Positions 1 through 8,451 of a stretch of DNA of 20,577 nucleotides are shown one piece after another. Positions within the stretch are counted from its first letter, which is position 1, and every line of letters starts with the position of its first letter. The position numbers and the translations under genes were made by a program. The stretch spans positions 1 through 20,577 of the forward strand of contig CAXBPH010000112.1 of assembly GCA_963977445.1 (NCBI GenBank). The letters run 5' to 3'. The notes under the pieces were generated by a model. That model was not told the origin of the DNA and searched no databases. It saw only the letters and a program-made list of their open reading frames with translations. Source of the stretch: an uncultured bacterium (lineage in GTDB: Bacteria; Hydrogenedentota; Hydrogenedentia; Hydrogenedentales; JAEUWI01).

Positions 1-1
1 C

Positions 2-52
2 TCGGTGGTCGCTTTCCACAACACCATTAAGAAGTTGGGCTTCACTAGATAA
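2..52 (+). CDS. IS630 transposase upstream ORF, C-terminal fragment (SVVAFHNTIKKLGFTR*)
   Basis: Frame 2 reads ...IKKLGFTR then TAA at 50-52, matching the LGxTxKK junction that precedes the DDE domain in IS630 transposases. Confidence 0.7.
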   Translation, partial: SVVAFHNTIKKLGFTR

Positions 53-659
53 AAAATCGTTATCTGCTATCGAGCAACGCCGCAAGGATGTAGCTATTCA
101 ACGAGAGGAATTCTTGCAATGGTTGTCTGGAGTTGACCCACGTCGTCTGGTCTTCCTTGACGAAACAGGCTCAAAAACTAATATGACGCGATTCTATGGG
201 CGGGCCCTGAAAGGGGATCGTGTGTTGGATTTCGCACCTCACGGGCACCGGACTACAACCACTTTAGTTGCTGCCATTACCTGTGAAGCCGCGATAGCTC
301 CAATGGTGCTGGATGGTCCAATGGACACCCAATCCTTCGAGGCCTACGTCGCGCAAGTGCTCATCCCTGAACTGCCCGCATCCGCGGTCGTGGTGATGGA
401 CAATCTCTCTGCTCACAAAGTGCCGACAATCCAGAAATTATTCGAAGACGCGGGAATAGAATTACGCTACTTGCCCCCCTACAGCCCAGACTTTAATCCC
501 ATAGAATTAATGTGGGCCAAGGCGAAAAACTTCCTGCGAGCAGTAAAGGCCCGAACCCAAGAGCAACTCTACGACGCCATCGCCTATTCTCTGGAACAAA
601 TAACCCAAAAAGACATTCAAGGGTTTTTTCGGCACTGTAACGTATATATAAAAACTTAA
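51..659 (+). CDS. IS630 transposase catalytic DDE domain (downstream frame; open from 51, ORF track starts at TTG 114)
   Basis: KKSLSAIEQRRKDV..., LVFLDETG, VVVMDNLSAHK, YLPPYSPDFNPIE; all three D-D-E residues present. Confidence 0.92.
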   Translation, partial: KKSLSAIEQRRKDVAIQREEFLQWLSGVDPRRLVFLDETGSKTNMTRFYGRALKGDRVLDFAPHGHRTTTTLVAAITCEAAIAPMVLDGPMDTQSFEAYVAQVLIPELPASAVVVMDNLSAHKVPTIQKLFEDAGIELRYLPPYSPDFNPIELMWAKAKNFLRAVKARTQEQLYDAIAYSLEQITQKDIQGFFRHCNVYIKT

Positions 660-814
660 AATGCTCTAGAGCAACGTTCCCCACTATTCCCTTTCCCACC
701 AGCGCCCAAAGCTGCAGCGCTGGAAGGCCATGCACAGGGACTGCATCGGCACGGGCCACAATCGGGACAGGCACGGGTTTCACCGCCTTGCGAGCCACCT
801 TCAAGATTCGACTT

Positions 815-854
815 TCGCCATCCGGGACGCAGACATTCCTGTCTGCGATGGCGA
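815..854. repeat. REP-like bulged hairpin
   Basis: CGCAGACA-TTCC-TGTCTGCG (828-847, 8-bp stem) on a lower stem TCGCCAT/ATGGCGA (815-821/848-854) with a 6-nt bulge. Confidence 0.6.
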
Positions 855-913
855 CACGGATGGTACGACACGACGTCAGGCCGCCCTCGCCTCCCCCGCG
901 TCTCCCCATACGG

Positions 914-929
914 CCGGGACAGCCTCGCG
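914..929 (-). repeat. Copy of the dispersed GGG(A/G)CGAG(A/G)CTGTCCC REP-like motif
   Basis: 916-928 GGGACAGCCTCGC is the exact reverse complement of 7018-7030. Confidence 0.55.
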
Positions 930-1117
930 CATCGACGCTCCCATGGTATCCGATGAAATTACCTTTTCACTCACGTCTGCACGCTGCCCAACGCGGCTTT
1001 CAGCGCGAAGGCAGTCCCTGAGGATGGCCCCATCTTTTATTCCTGGTCTGTCCCTGAGGTATTCCATAAAACATCACAATGGTGTAACGGGCAATTGAAA
1101 AACGATCTGCCACCCTA

Positions 1118-1144
1118 TCTTTGTGTTCTTTGCGATCTTTGTGG
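1118..1144. repeat. Three tandem 9-mers TCTTTGYGN
   Basis: TCTTTGTGT-TCTTTGCGA-TCTTTGTGG, followed by TTGAA. Confidence 0.7.
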
Positions 1145-1394
1145 TTGAAGATTCCCCCTGTTCGGAACCTCAAAGAACGGATAGTGCACAAAAAGCCCGC
1201 CATTGCCCGCCCCGCACCCCGCTCATCCTGCTCTCCGCCATTGCTTGTGAAAGGAGAACTCACGCGAAGACGCAACGACTCGAGATAGCGGTACAGTCAC
1301 CCCCGATTTCGTCACTATTCCACTGACGTGTCTAGACGCCGTTTCATACGGGGGATACTGTCCCGGTTCAGCGTCCCGGATGTTACCCGGTTTT

Positions 1395-2423
1395 CTATGC
1401 GGCGCCGTGGGTGCGGCGAAGCTGACCACAGGCGGCGTCAATGTCCTGGCCCTTTTCACGGCGAAGGGTGACTTTGAGCCCCCCCTCTTCGAGAATGGTG
1501 CAAAAACGAGTGCAGTCTGCCATGGGGGTCGGGTTATAGGGAAGGCCCGACACGGGGTTCCAGGGAATCAGATTGACCGAGACTTTGAGCCCGACACAAT
1601 AGGCCAGGAGTTCCCGGGCACATTCTTCGGAATCGTTGATGCCTTTGAGCATGGTCCACTCAAAGGTGAACTGCCGTCCCGTGTAGCCCGAATAGCGCGC
1701 GAGGGCGTCGTGGAGCCGTTCCAGGGGGTATTTCTTATTGAGGGGGACCAATTCGGAGCGCAGGTCGTTGTTGGCCGCGTGGAGGGAAACGCTCAGGCGG
1801 ACCTGCCAGTCTTCGCGGATGAAACGCTCGATTTCCTTCACTTCACCGACCGTTGAGACGGTGATCTTCCGCGCGCCGATGCCCACGCCGTCTTCGTCCA
1901 TCAAGAGGCGGATGCTGGCCATCACATTGTCATAGTTGCGCATGGGTTCGCCCATGCCCATATAGACGATGTTGGGCGTGCGGTCGGGATCGGGCTCGTC
2001 GCGAATCATATAGAGCACCTGTTCCACGATTTCACCGGGACTCAGGTTGCGCGTAAAGCCAGCAAGACCCGTGGCGCAAAAGTTACATTTCAACGCACAG
2101 CCCACTTGGGAAGACACACAAATCGTCGTCCGTTCACGGTCGCGAATCAATACGGTCTCCACCGTTTCACCGTCGTGCAGGCGAAAGAGGGCCTTTTTTG
2201 TGCCCGTGATCTTGGATTCCTGCATTTCGACCAGTTCCAACTGAGAGGCCGTTGCCGTCTCGGTCAGCCGTGCGCGCAGCTCCTTCGATAGATTCGTCAT
2301 GGAATCGAAATCAAAGACCCGCTTCTGGTGGAGCCATTGAAAAAGCTGGCGCCCCTGAAAGGGCTTGAGCCCCAGGGCTTCGGCCAACTCGGATTTATTC
2401 ATACTTGTAAGGGTTAACTTCAT
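1395..2423 (-). CDS. rlmN: Dual-specificity rRNA/tRNA m2A methyltransferase RlmN (radical SAM)
   Basis: CVSSQVGCALKCNFCATG (CxxxCxxC), MGMGEP, SLHA, NLIPWNP, C-terminal DIDAACGQL with catalytic Cys. Confidence 0.97.
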   Translation of the reverse strand: MKLTLTSMNKSELAEALGLKPFQGRQLFQWLHQKRVFDFDSMTNLSKELRARLTETATASQLELVEMQESKITGTKKALFRLHDGETVETVLIRDRERTTICVSSQVGCALKCNFCATGLAGFTRNLSPGEIVEQVLYMIRDEPDPDRTPNIVYMGMGEPMRNYDNVMASIRLLMDEDGVGIGARKITVSTVGEVKEIERFIREDWQVRLSVSLHAANNDLRSELVPLNKKYPLERLHDALARYSGYTGRQFTFEWTMLKGINDSEECARELLAYCVGLKVSVNLIPWNPVSGLPYNPTPMADCTRFCTILEEGGLKVTLRREKGQDIDAACGQLRRTHGAA

Positions 2424-3274
2424 CGTACTCTCTCACCGCCGGGCTGTCCCAGCACTTCGGCCACACCATCGGCGAGGAGGGCGGCGCGGGCTTCATCCAG
2501 GGTGGCTACCGGGCGAAGCCCATCGGTATTCACCCGGGTTTTGGTTGCACTTAGATTGTATTCCATTTCCGCATGGCGGTCTGGAAAGACTGATTTAACA
2601 TCCATGGGCGTTACGACGCCATCAATTTCTTCATAGCCGGTGCACACGGTTTCCGCGATCAGGGCTTCACCGGGGCCATATACCGAAACACCGGTCACCC
2701 GCCATGTGCCTTCTTTACGCACCACCACCCGTCGCTGGAGCTTCCGCCCCTGTTCGTCTGCGTATACGGATAGCTCGGCGGTGCTGCTGGCCTCATCGTA
2801 GGCCGTCACCTCCACCTTGCCCCCACCGTCATCGCCCAATACATTCAGGAAAAAGAGTTCTTGTACTATCCGTGACGGGGCCACGTCGAGGTCCAAATCG
2901 TCGAAACGATCCCCCTGGCGCCCATAGTAGAACACGTCGCGGGAGGGCAGGTCGAGGAGAAATCGGTCTCCCTCCACATAGACCTGCACAACGAAGGTGC
3001 CCTTCCGCCCTCTGAAAAAGAAGCGGTCGGGCCGTTCAAATTGAATAAAGCCGGTACGAAAATTCTGAATCCCATCGGAACCGGGAACGCTCAATCGGAC
3101 GATGCCCGTGCCCTCCAGGGAGTTCAGTGCATCGGTATTCGCAGTAATATCGTCGAGAATGGTGCCCACGTCCGGTGCACCCGGAGCCAAATTCGTCAGG
3201 TGCGGCCGGGTGGGATCATGCACACAACCGCTGAAAATGAGCAGGGAAAAGGCAATAAAAAGGAAGGTGCGCAT
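2420..3274 (-). CDS. Lipoprotein, possible LolA/LolB-like (DUF4292-like) fold
   Basis: Type II signal peptide MRTFLFIAFSLLIFSG-C17; beta-rich body; 4-bp ATGA overlap with rlmN. The fold assignment is inference. Confidence 0.7.
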   Translation of the reverse strand: MRTFLFIAFSLLIFSGCVHDPTRPHLTNLAPGAPDVGTILDDITANTDALNSLEGTGIVRLSVPGSDGIQNFRTGFIQFERPDRFFFRGRKGTFVVQVYVEGDRFLLDLPSRDVFYYGRQGDRFDDLDLDVAPSRIVQELFFLNVLGDDGGGKVEVTAYDEASSTAELSVYADEQGRKLQRRVVVRKEGTWRVTGVSVYGPGEALIAETVCTGYEEIDGVVTPMDVKSVFPDRHAEMEYNLSATKTRVNTDGLRPVATLDEARAALLADGVAEVLGQPGGERVR

Positions 3275-3324
3275 GGGGGTCTCTTCATAGACGGTGCCGT
3301 CGTAACATTAAGACCGCTAACAGG

Positions 3325-3353
3325 TTGAATTCACCCTGCTTGTATGATATAGT
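3325..3353 (+). promoter_or_regulatory. Sigma70-type promoter for rpmB
   Basis: TTGAAT (3325-3330)-N17-TATAGT (3348-3353) with extended -10 TG at 3345-3346. Confidence 0.65.
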
Positions 3354-3373
3354 TTGTCGGTCTCTTGCGTGCA

Positions 3374-3403
3374 AGTATATCACGCGCACCGGGGAAAACC
3401 CAA
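3374..3403 (-). promoter_or_regulatory. Candidate promoter for the lipoprotein-rlmN operon
   Basis: Minus strand TG-A-TATACT (extended -10, 3382-3374) with a weak TTGGGT -35 at 18-nt spacing. Confidence 0.4.
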
Positions 3404-3478
3404 CATAAACGCCAATGATAGCAAGCCGGTTCAGGGAACCCATGTCCTGCCCGTGCTGTGAGAACAAGGAGATAAACC

Positions 3479-3751
3479 ATGGCAAGAGTATGCGAATATA
3501 GTGGCAAGCGCCCCCAGACCGGACACAAGATCGTACGTCGCGGTAAAGCAAAACGCGAAGGCGGTATCGGTCAGAACATTACTGGTATTTCCAAGCGTCG
3601 CTGGAAGCCTAACCTTCAGACCATCCGCGTTGTTGACGAAAACGGCCGGGTACAGAAGGTAAAGGTTTGCACGCGCTACATCAAAGCGGGCAAATTCAAC
3701 AAGTCCCCCCGCGGCACGCGTAAGTTCCTGTTGGCTGCGTCCAACTCCTAA
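3479..3751 (+). CDS. rpmB: 50S ribosomal protein bL28
   Basis: MARVCEYSGKRP...SKRRWKPNLQ...KVCTRYIK; strong AAGGAG RBS; contains the RRGKAKREGGIG insertion of long-type L28. Confidence 0.96.
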   Translation: MARVCEYSGKRPQTGHKIVRRGKAKREGGIGQNITGISKRRWKPNLQTIRVVDENGRVQKVKVCTRYIKAGKFNKSPRGTRKFLLAASNS

Positions 3752-3773
3752 GATTTCCGCATTAAGTATATCA

Positions 3774-3811
3774 CGGCCGACAAGATCTTCAGGTTTTGTC
3801 GGTCGTTTTTT
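3774..3811 (+). terminator. Rho-independent terminator of rpmB
   Basis: CGGCCGACAAGATC...GGTTTTGTCGGTCG stem (with G-U pairs) followed by T6. Confidence 0.8.
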
Positions 3812-3838
3812 ATTGCCCCCGTCCTTCCAAGGAAATTC

Positions 3839-5977
3839 ATGTCCCAAGACGATGTTGCCACAATCGTAAAACGCCACTGGGGCTATGAGGTCCTCCGGCC
3901 CCTGCAGGCCAAGGCGATGGACTGTATTGCACGGCACCACGATTCCCTGGTGGTCCTCCCCACCGGCGGTGGCAAATCCCTCTGTTACCAGGCACCGGCC
4001 CTCGCCATGGAAGGGATGGCTCTCGTCATCTCCCCCCTCATCTCCTTGATGAAAGACCAGGTCGATGGCCTCCGGGCGGTGGGGGTTGATGCCGCCTGTA
4101 TCAACAGCAGTATGCTGCCCCACGAGCGGCGGGAAACCCATGAGGCCCTCCAGCGGGGCGAGATTAAGCTACTCTATGTGTCGCCCGAGCGGGTGGTAAA
4201 ACCCGATTTCATTGCCTACCTGAAGCGTCTTAATCTCTCCTTCTTCGCCATTGATGAAGCCCATTGCATCAGCCAATGGGGCCATGACTTCCGTCCCGAA
4301 TACCGCGCGCTGGCCACCCTGCGCGAATCCTTTCCCGAGCTGGCCTTTCATGGCTACACGGCAACCGCCACGCCCCAGGTACGGGATGATGTCTGTGGGG
4401 CCCTCAATCTGAAGAATCCCGAAGTCCTTGTGGCCTCGGCCGACCGCCCCAATCTGGTCTATGCCACCGAGCGACGGACCAACGAGTTGGCCCAGGTACT
4501 CGATGTGGTGGAACGCCACGCCGGTGAATCGGGGGTAATCTATTGCATTACCCGAAAAAAGGTGGAGGAACTCTGTGAGAAACTGCGGGCCAAGGGACAC
4601 CCCGCCCTCCCCTATCACGCGGGTATGGATGCCGCCGACCGCGAGCGCAACCAGGAGGCCTTTTCCCGGGAAGGCGCGGAAATCATCGTTGCCACGGTGG
4701 CCTTTGGCATGGGTATCGACAAGCCTGACGTCCGCTATGTGGTCCACACGGGCATGCCCAAATCCATTGAGCATTACCAGCAGGAAAGCGGACGCGCCGG
4801 TCGCGATGGCCTGGAGGCCGAATGCCGATTGATTTATTCCGGCAGTGATTTCGGGCTCTGGAAAACCATCCTCGGCGACCAGGATAGCGCCTCCATGAAA
4901 GTCTCCCTGGCCAAGCTGAATGAGATGTACAGCTACTGCACCGACGTGACCTGTCGCCACCGAATCCTCATGGCCTATTTCGGGGAGACCGTGGACAAAG
5001 AGAATTGTGGTGCCTGCGACCTGTGCCTCGGCAATGCGGAATTGGTGGAAGACGCACCCGTTATTGCCCAGAAGATCGCCTCCTGCGTCGCCCGGCTGGG
5101 TGAAGTGGCGGGACCGAGCTACACGACCCTCATTTTGACGGGGTCCCGAGAGGCTCGGGTTCTGGACAAAGAGCACGACAAACTCAGCACCTGGGGAATC
5201 CTCCGGGAACACCCCGCCCCGGTGATCCGCACGTGGATCGAGCAATTGGTCTCTCAGGGCTATCTGCGCAAAAACGGGGAGTACAATATCCTTGGTATCA
5301 CCACGGCCGGACGGGAGATGCTTCGGGGTGAAGAAACGCCCCGTCTCCTCAAGCCCGCAGCGTCGGCAACGACCCCGCGAAAACAATCGGCGGCGGCGGC
5401 AAAATCCTGGGAGGGGGTCGACAAGGCCCTCTTCAACCGACTTCGCGAATTGCGTCGTGAAATCGCCATGGAGCGCAGTGTACCCGCCTTCACCGTTTTC
5501 GGTGACGCCTCCCTCCGCGATATGGCCCGTCTCAAGCCCCTCGACGAGGTTGGCTTCCTTCAGGTAAGCGGCGTGGGCGAAAAGAAGTGCGCCGACTACG
5601 CGAGCACCTTTCTACCCGTGATCCAGACCCACGAAGGCAAGGCACCTGCCCCTTCGAAGAAAAAATCCAACGCAGGAACGGACCCTGCCCGGGAAAAAGC
5701 CTTTGAACTCTTCGAATTGGGTTGGGATGTCGAAGAAGTCGGAGAACACCTGGGAAAAAGCCAGAAGAAGACCGTCGGCTACCTTACTGCGTACATCGAA
5801 GTAAACAAGATAACCGACCCCAGCCTCTGGGTCGACCCAGCACAGGGTGTCTTGGTGATTGATGCGGTAGAAAAGCTTGGGCCTGTACCCTCCCCTCAGG
5901 TGATCGCCTATCTTGATGGCAAGGTGGAAAAGGATGCCGTGGGCATCGTGCTGACCTGTCTGGCACAACAGGCCTAG
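3839..5977 (+). CDS. recQ: ATP-dependent DNA helicase RecQ
   Basis: PTGGGKSLCYQ, IDEAHCISQWGHDFRPEY, ATVAFGMGID, QESGRAGRDG, Zn site CRH...CGACDLC, RQC, HRDC (LRELRREIA...VPAFTVF) and a C-terminal HTH-like tail. Confidence 0.97.
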   Translation: MSQDDVATIVKRHWGYEVLRPLQAKAMDCIARHHDSLVVLPTGGGKSLCYQAPALAMEGMALVISPLISLMKDQVDGLRAVGVDAACINSSMLPHERRETHEALQRGEIKLLYVSPERVVKPDFIAYLKRLNLSFFAIDEAHCISQWGHDFRPEYRALATLRESFPELAFHGYTATATPQVRDDVCGALNLKNPEVLVASADRPNLVYATERRTNELAQVLDVVERHAGESGVIYCITRKKVEELCEKLRAKGHPALPYHAGMDAADRERNQEAFSREGAEIIVATVAFGMGIDKPDVRYVVHTGMPKSIEHYQQESGRAGRDGLEAECRLIYSGSDFGLWKTILGDQDSASMKVSLAKLNEMYSYCTDVTCRHRILMAYFGETVDKENCGACDLCLGNAELVEDAPVIAQKIASCVARLGEVAGPSYTTLILTGSREARVLDKEHDKLSTWGILREHPAPVIRTWIEQLVSQGYLRKNGEYNILGITTAGREMLRGEETPRLLKPAASATTPRKQSAAAAKSWEGVDKALFNRLRELRREIAMERSVPAFTVFGDASLRDMARLKPLDEVGFLQVSGVGEKKCADYASTFLPVIQTHEGKAPAPSKKKSNAGTDPAREKAFELFELGWDVEEVGEHLGKSQKKTVGYLTAYIEVNKITDPSLWVDPAQGVLVIDAVEKLGPVPSPQVIAYLDGKVEKDAVGIVLTCLAQQA

Positions 5978-6005
5978 GAGTCTGACGGCTGACCCACCCA
6001 CCTCC

Positions 6006-6034
6006 TTGACCCCATACCCATAGCGTGCTACGCT
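6006..6034 (+). promoter_or_regulatory. Candidate sigma70 promoter for the SGNH gene
   Basis: TTGACC-N17-TACGCT with TG extension; GAGG RBS before ATG 6089. Confidence 0.5.
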
Positions 6035-6088
6035 GCTGGAATACCCCCGACATCCTGGCATGTACTCAATTCGTAATGAGGTATCACG

Positions 6089-6760
6089 ATGAACTATCGC
6101 CTTTTTTCCATGTGTATTTTGTGTCTGAGCGCGGTGATTTCCGCCAACGCGGAAGACGTCGTCCACGAGCGCATTGAATGGAGCGACGTCTGGATTGTTG
6201 ACGCCGATTCCACGTCGAAAACTCGGGTCCTTCTGGTGGGCGATTCTATCGTGCGTGGTTATTACAGTGGTGTCGAAAAAGGCCTGGGCGACTCGGTCTC
6301 CTGTGCACGCTACACCACGTCGAAATTCCTCCTGCACCCCGACTATCTCACGGAACTGGGCGTATTGGTCAAGCGCTTTCATTTTGACGTAATTCATCTG
6401 AACAATGGCCTTCACGGCTGGGGGCACTCGGAAGAGCAATATCGGGAAGGTCTGGAAAAACTGCTGGCATTCCTGAAGGAAACGACGCCCGACTCCAAAC
6501 TCATCTGGGCAATGACAACACCCGTTCGCGAGGGCAACAATATCGAAGTCGTCAACGAAGAACGGAGCAACCGTGTCATCGCACGCAATCGTATTGCATC
6601 CGAAATCCTGGAGAAACAGGGGATTCCTGTAAACGACCTCTATAGCCTCGTGGCAGACCACACGGACTTCTACAGCAAGGACGGCACCCACTTCAGCGAG
6701 GCGGGCCGGGATGCCGAGGCCGCCCAGGTGGTTGCGGCAGTGCAAGACGTGCTCAAGTAG
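6089..6760 (+). CDS. Secreted SGNH/GDSL hydrolase (esterase)
   Basis: Signal peptide; block I LLVGDSI, block III LNNGLHG, block V DGTHF. Confidence 0.9.
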   Translation: MNYRLFSMCILCLSAVISANAEDVVHERIEWSDVWIVDADSTSKTRVLLVGDSIVRGYYSGVEKGLGDSVSCARYTTSKFLLHPDYLTELGVLVKRFHFDVIHLNNGLHGWGHSEEQYREGLEKLLAFLKETTPDSKLIWAMTTPVREGNNIEVVNEERSNRVIARNRIASEILEKQGIPVNDLYSLVADHTDFYSKDGTHFSEAGRDAEAAQVVAAVQDVLK

Positions 6761-6768
6761 CCAGGTCA

Positions 6769-7030
6769 ACCGGGACGAGACTGTCCCGGGACTGGTATGC
6801 CCCCACGACTCTGGGAAGCAATGCACACGTAAAAACGTTGCACCGACTTCCACCGAACCGTAGAAACCACAACGGGCGGGCCTGTCCTGACGTTGGCGAA
6901 GCTGACCTTGGTCTAACCACGCAAACTACAGGACATCCACGCCCATCGGGGCAACTTACCCTGGAAAACATGCCCGATGACAACGGTTATCGGGCAGTGC
7001 AACGCAACGACACCGGGGCGAGGCTGTCCC
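6769..7030 (+). repeat. Cluster of REP-like palindromic repeats between convergent genes
   Basis: ACCGGGACGAGACTGTCCC (6769-6787) vs ACCGGGGCGAGGCTGTCCC (7012-7030), 17/19 identical; degenerate third copy GGGCGGGCCTGTCC (6874-6887); separate 11-bp hairpin at 6971-6996. Confidence 0.65.
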
Positions 7031-7054
7031 TAACACGCCGATTCCGTCGTCCCA

Positions 7055-8350
7055 CTATTTTCCGATGCAATAAATGGACTTATCCGTACGCATGAGCAAC
7101 TGGTTATTCGAAACTACAATGGAGCCATTTACACGGCTGGTATCGTCGGAAAAGGTATTCACAGCGAGCTGTTCAAACTTCGGCCCTGCCGTCAGCACGT
7201 AGGTTCCATTATCCTGGGATGGTGCATAGAGTTTGCCGTCTGCGTCGGTTATGGAGGCGTAGACCAGCCCCGGACGGGGCTCCAGTTCTTCCTCATACAC
7301 CACGTTGCCCGTTGCCGCGTCCAGGCAATAGGCTTTTCCTCGCGACTCGTGCAACCAATAGAGGTATCCATCCACCAGGACCGGTGACGTCACATTGTTC
7401 CCTTCACGGGTCCGCCACAGCAGGTGGCTTTCCGTTACGTCACCCTTTCCGCCGGCCTTCACCGCGATAGTTTCACTTTTCCGACCACCGACGGCATAAA
7501 CCACGCCATCTTTCGCGATTACCGACGGGCACACATAGTTGTCCGGGACACCTGCGCAGGTCCAGAGGGCTTCACCCGTTTCCGGGGCATAGGCCGCAAC
7601 GACGTTGGGCAGGTTCATGACCACTTCGGTCTTCCCGTCCACTTCAACCAATACGGGTGAGCACCAGGCCCGGTCAATGCCCGGGGTGCGCCAGACTTCT
7701 TTACCTGACGTCTTGTCCAGGGCGACGAGCGCCCCACTCTCGACACTGGCATTGATAATCAGGAGATTCTTATACAAGACGGGCGATGTGGCGGAGCCCC
7801 AGCCGTGGGTCCCGCTGCCAACATCGGATTTCCATTGTTCCTTACCATCGAGGTCAAAGGAATACACGCCGTTAATACCCATAAATACATAGAGCGACTT
7901 GCCATCGGTGATGGGCGTACTCGTCGCGTAACCGTGACGGGAGTTGTTGCCCCCTTCATATTCCGATTCCGGCATCTTGGCCGCGAATTCCTTTTCCCAG
8001 ACCACATCGCCGGTAGCCCGGTCCAGGCACAGGAGATGGCGCTTAAGCTTCGTCATATCGCCGGGCGCATCGATGCTTTCCGCATAGCCGGAATAGGACG
8101 TGATAAATACGCGCTCACCAAGCACGATGGGACTGGAGCCGCCAGGACCGGGGAGTTCCCGTTTCCAGACCACGTTCTCCGTGGCACTCCACGTGGTCGG
8201 CAGGCCTTCCGCGTGGCCAATACCTGCGCTATCGGGGCCACGGAATTGCACCCAGTCCTCGGCTACGGCCGAGTTACTCGCACCCAATAGGGCAAACAAA
8301 AACAGAGACGAAGCAATGGCGCTCCGTTGATAAAAATGCGCAGTAAACAT
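7055..8350 (-). CDS. Secreted PQQ-binding-like (BamB-like) beta-propeller protein
   Basis: Signal peptide, DWVQFRGP start, repeated SSP/TSP...ALDxxTGxxxW blades. Confidence 0.9.
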   Translation of the reverse strand: MFTAHFYQRSAIASSLFLFALLGASNSAVAEDWVQFRGPDSAGIGHAEGLPTTWSATENVVWKRELPGPGGSSPIVLGERVFITSYSGYAESIDAPGDMTKLKRHLLCLDRATGDVVWEKEFAAKMPESEYEGGNNSRHGYATSTPITDGKSLYVFMGINGVYSFDLDGKEQWKSDVGSGTHGWGSATSPVLYKNLLIINASVESGALVALDKTSGKEVWRTPGIDRAWCSPVLVEVDGKTEVVMNLPNVVAAYAPETGEALWTCAGVPDNYVCPSVIAKDGVVYAVGGRKSETIAVKAGGKGDVTESHLLWRTREGNNVTSPVLVDGYLYWLHESRGKAYCLDAATGNVVYEEELEPRPGLVYASITDADGKLYAPSQDNGTYVLTAGPKFEQLAVNTFSDDTSRVNGSIVVSNNQLLMRTDKSIYCIGK

Positions 8351-8451
8351 GGACTAACCCTTCTTAGCTATCCCGACCCGATTCGATAAAAGCACGAGGC
8401 GCCATTCTATACGAAAAACAGGAGGAATAGTCCATAAAAATCATCACCCCA

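Larger units (their letters stand above)
1..668 (+). mobile_element. IS630-family insertion sequence, 3' part (left end outside the window)
   Basis: DDE transposase ORF; the stop codon lies in the terminal sequence ...AAAACTTAAAATGCTC, followed by TA (667-668) within CTAG, as expected for IS630 TA target duplication; looks more AT-rich than neighbouring genes. Confidence 0.88.

Noticed and set aside
493..1459. Several 60-140 aa ORFs between the IS630 and rlmN
   Set aside because: Mutually overlapping, low-complexity translations of repeat-rich DNA, with no RBS or motif support.
1395..2423. Possible Cfr resistance methyltransferase
   Set aside because: Motifs and housekeeping context fit ordinary RlmN and the gene is not inside the IS; a phylogeny would be decisive.
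4169..6853. Minus-strand ORFs of 405 and 413 aa
   Set aside because: Antisense shadows of recQ and the SGNH gene; no family motifs.
6769..7030. Possible mini-CRISPR array
   Set aside because: Repeats are ~19 bp, degenerate and irregularly spaced (~100 and ~140 bp), and there are no cas genes.
7055..8350. True BamB or an active PQQ alcohol dehydrogenase
   Set aside because: No lipobox or bam context, and it is shorter than and lacks the vicinal Cys-Cys of quinoprotein alcohol dehydrogenases; left as a generic propeller.
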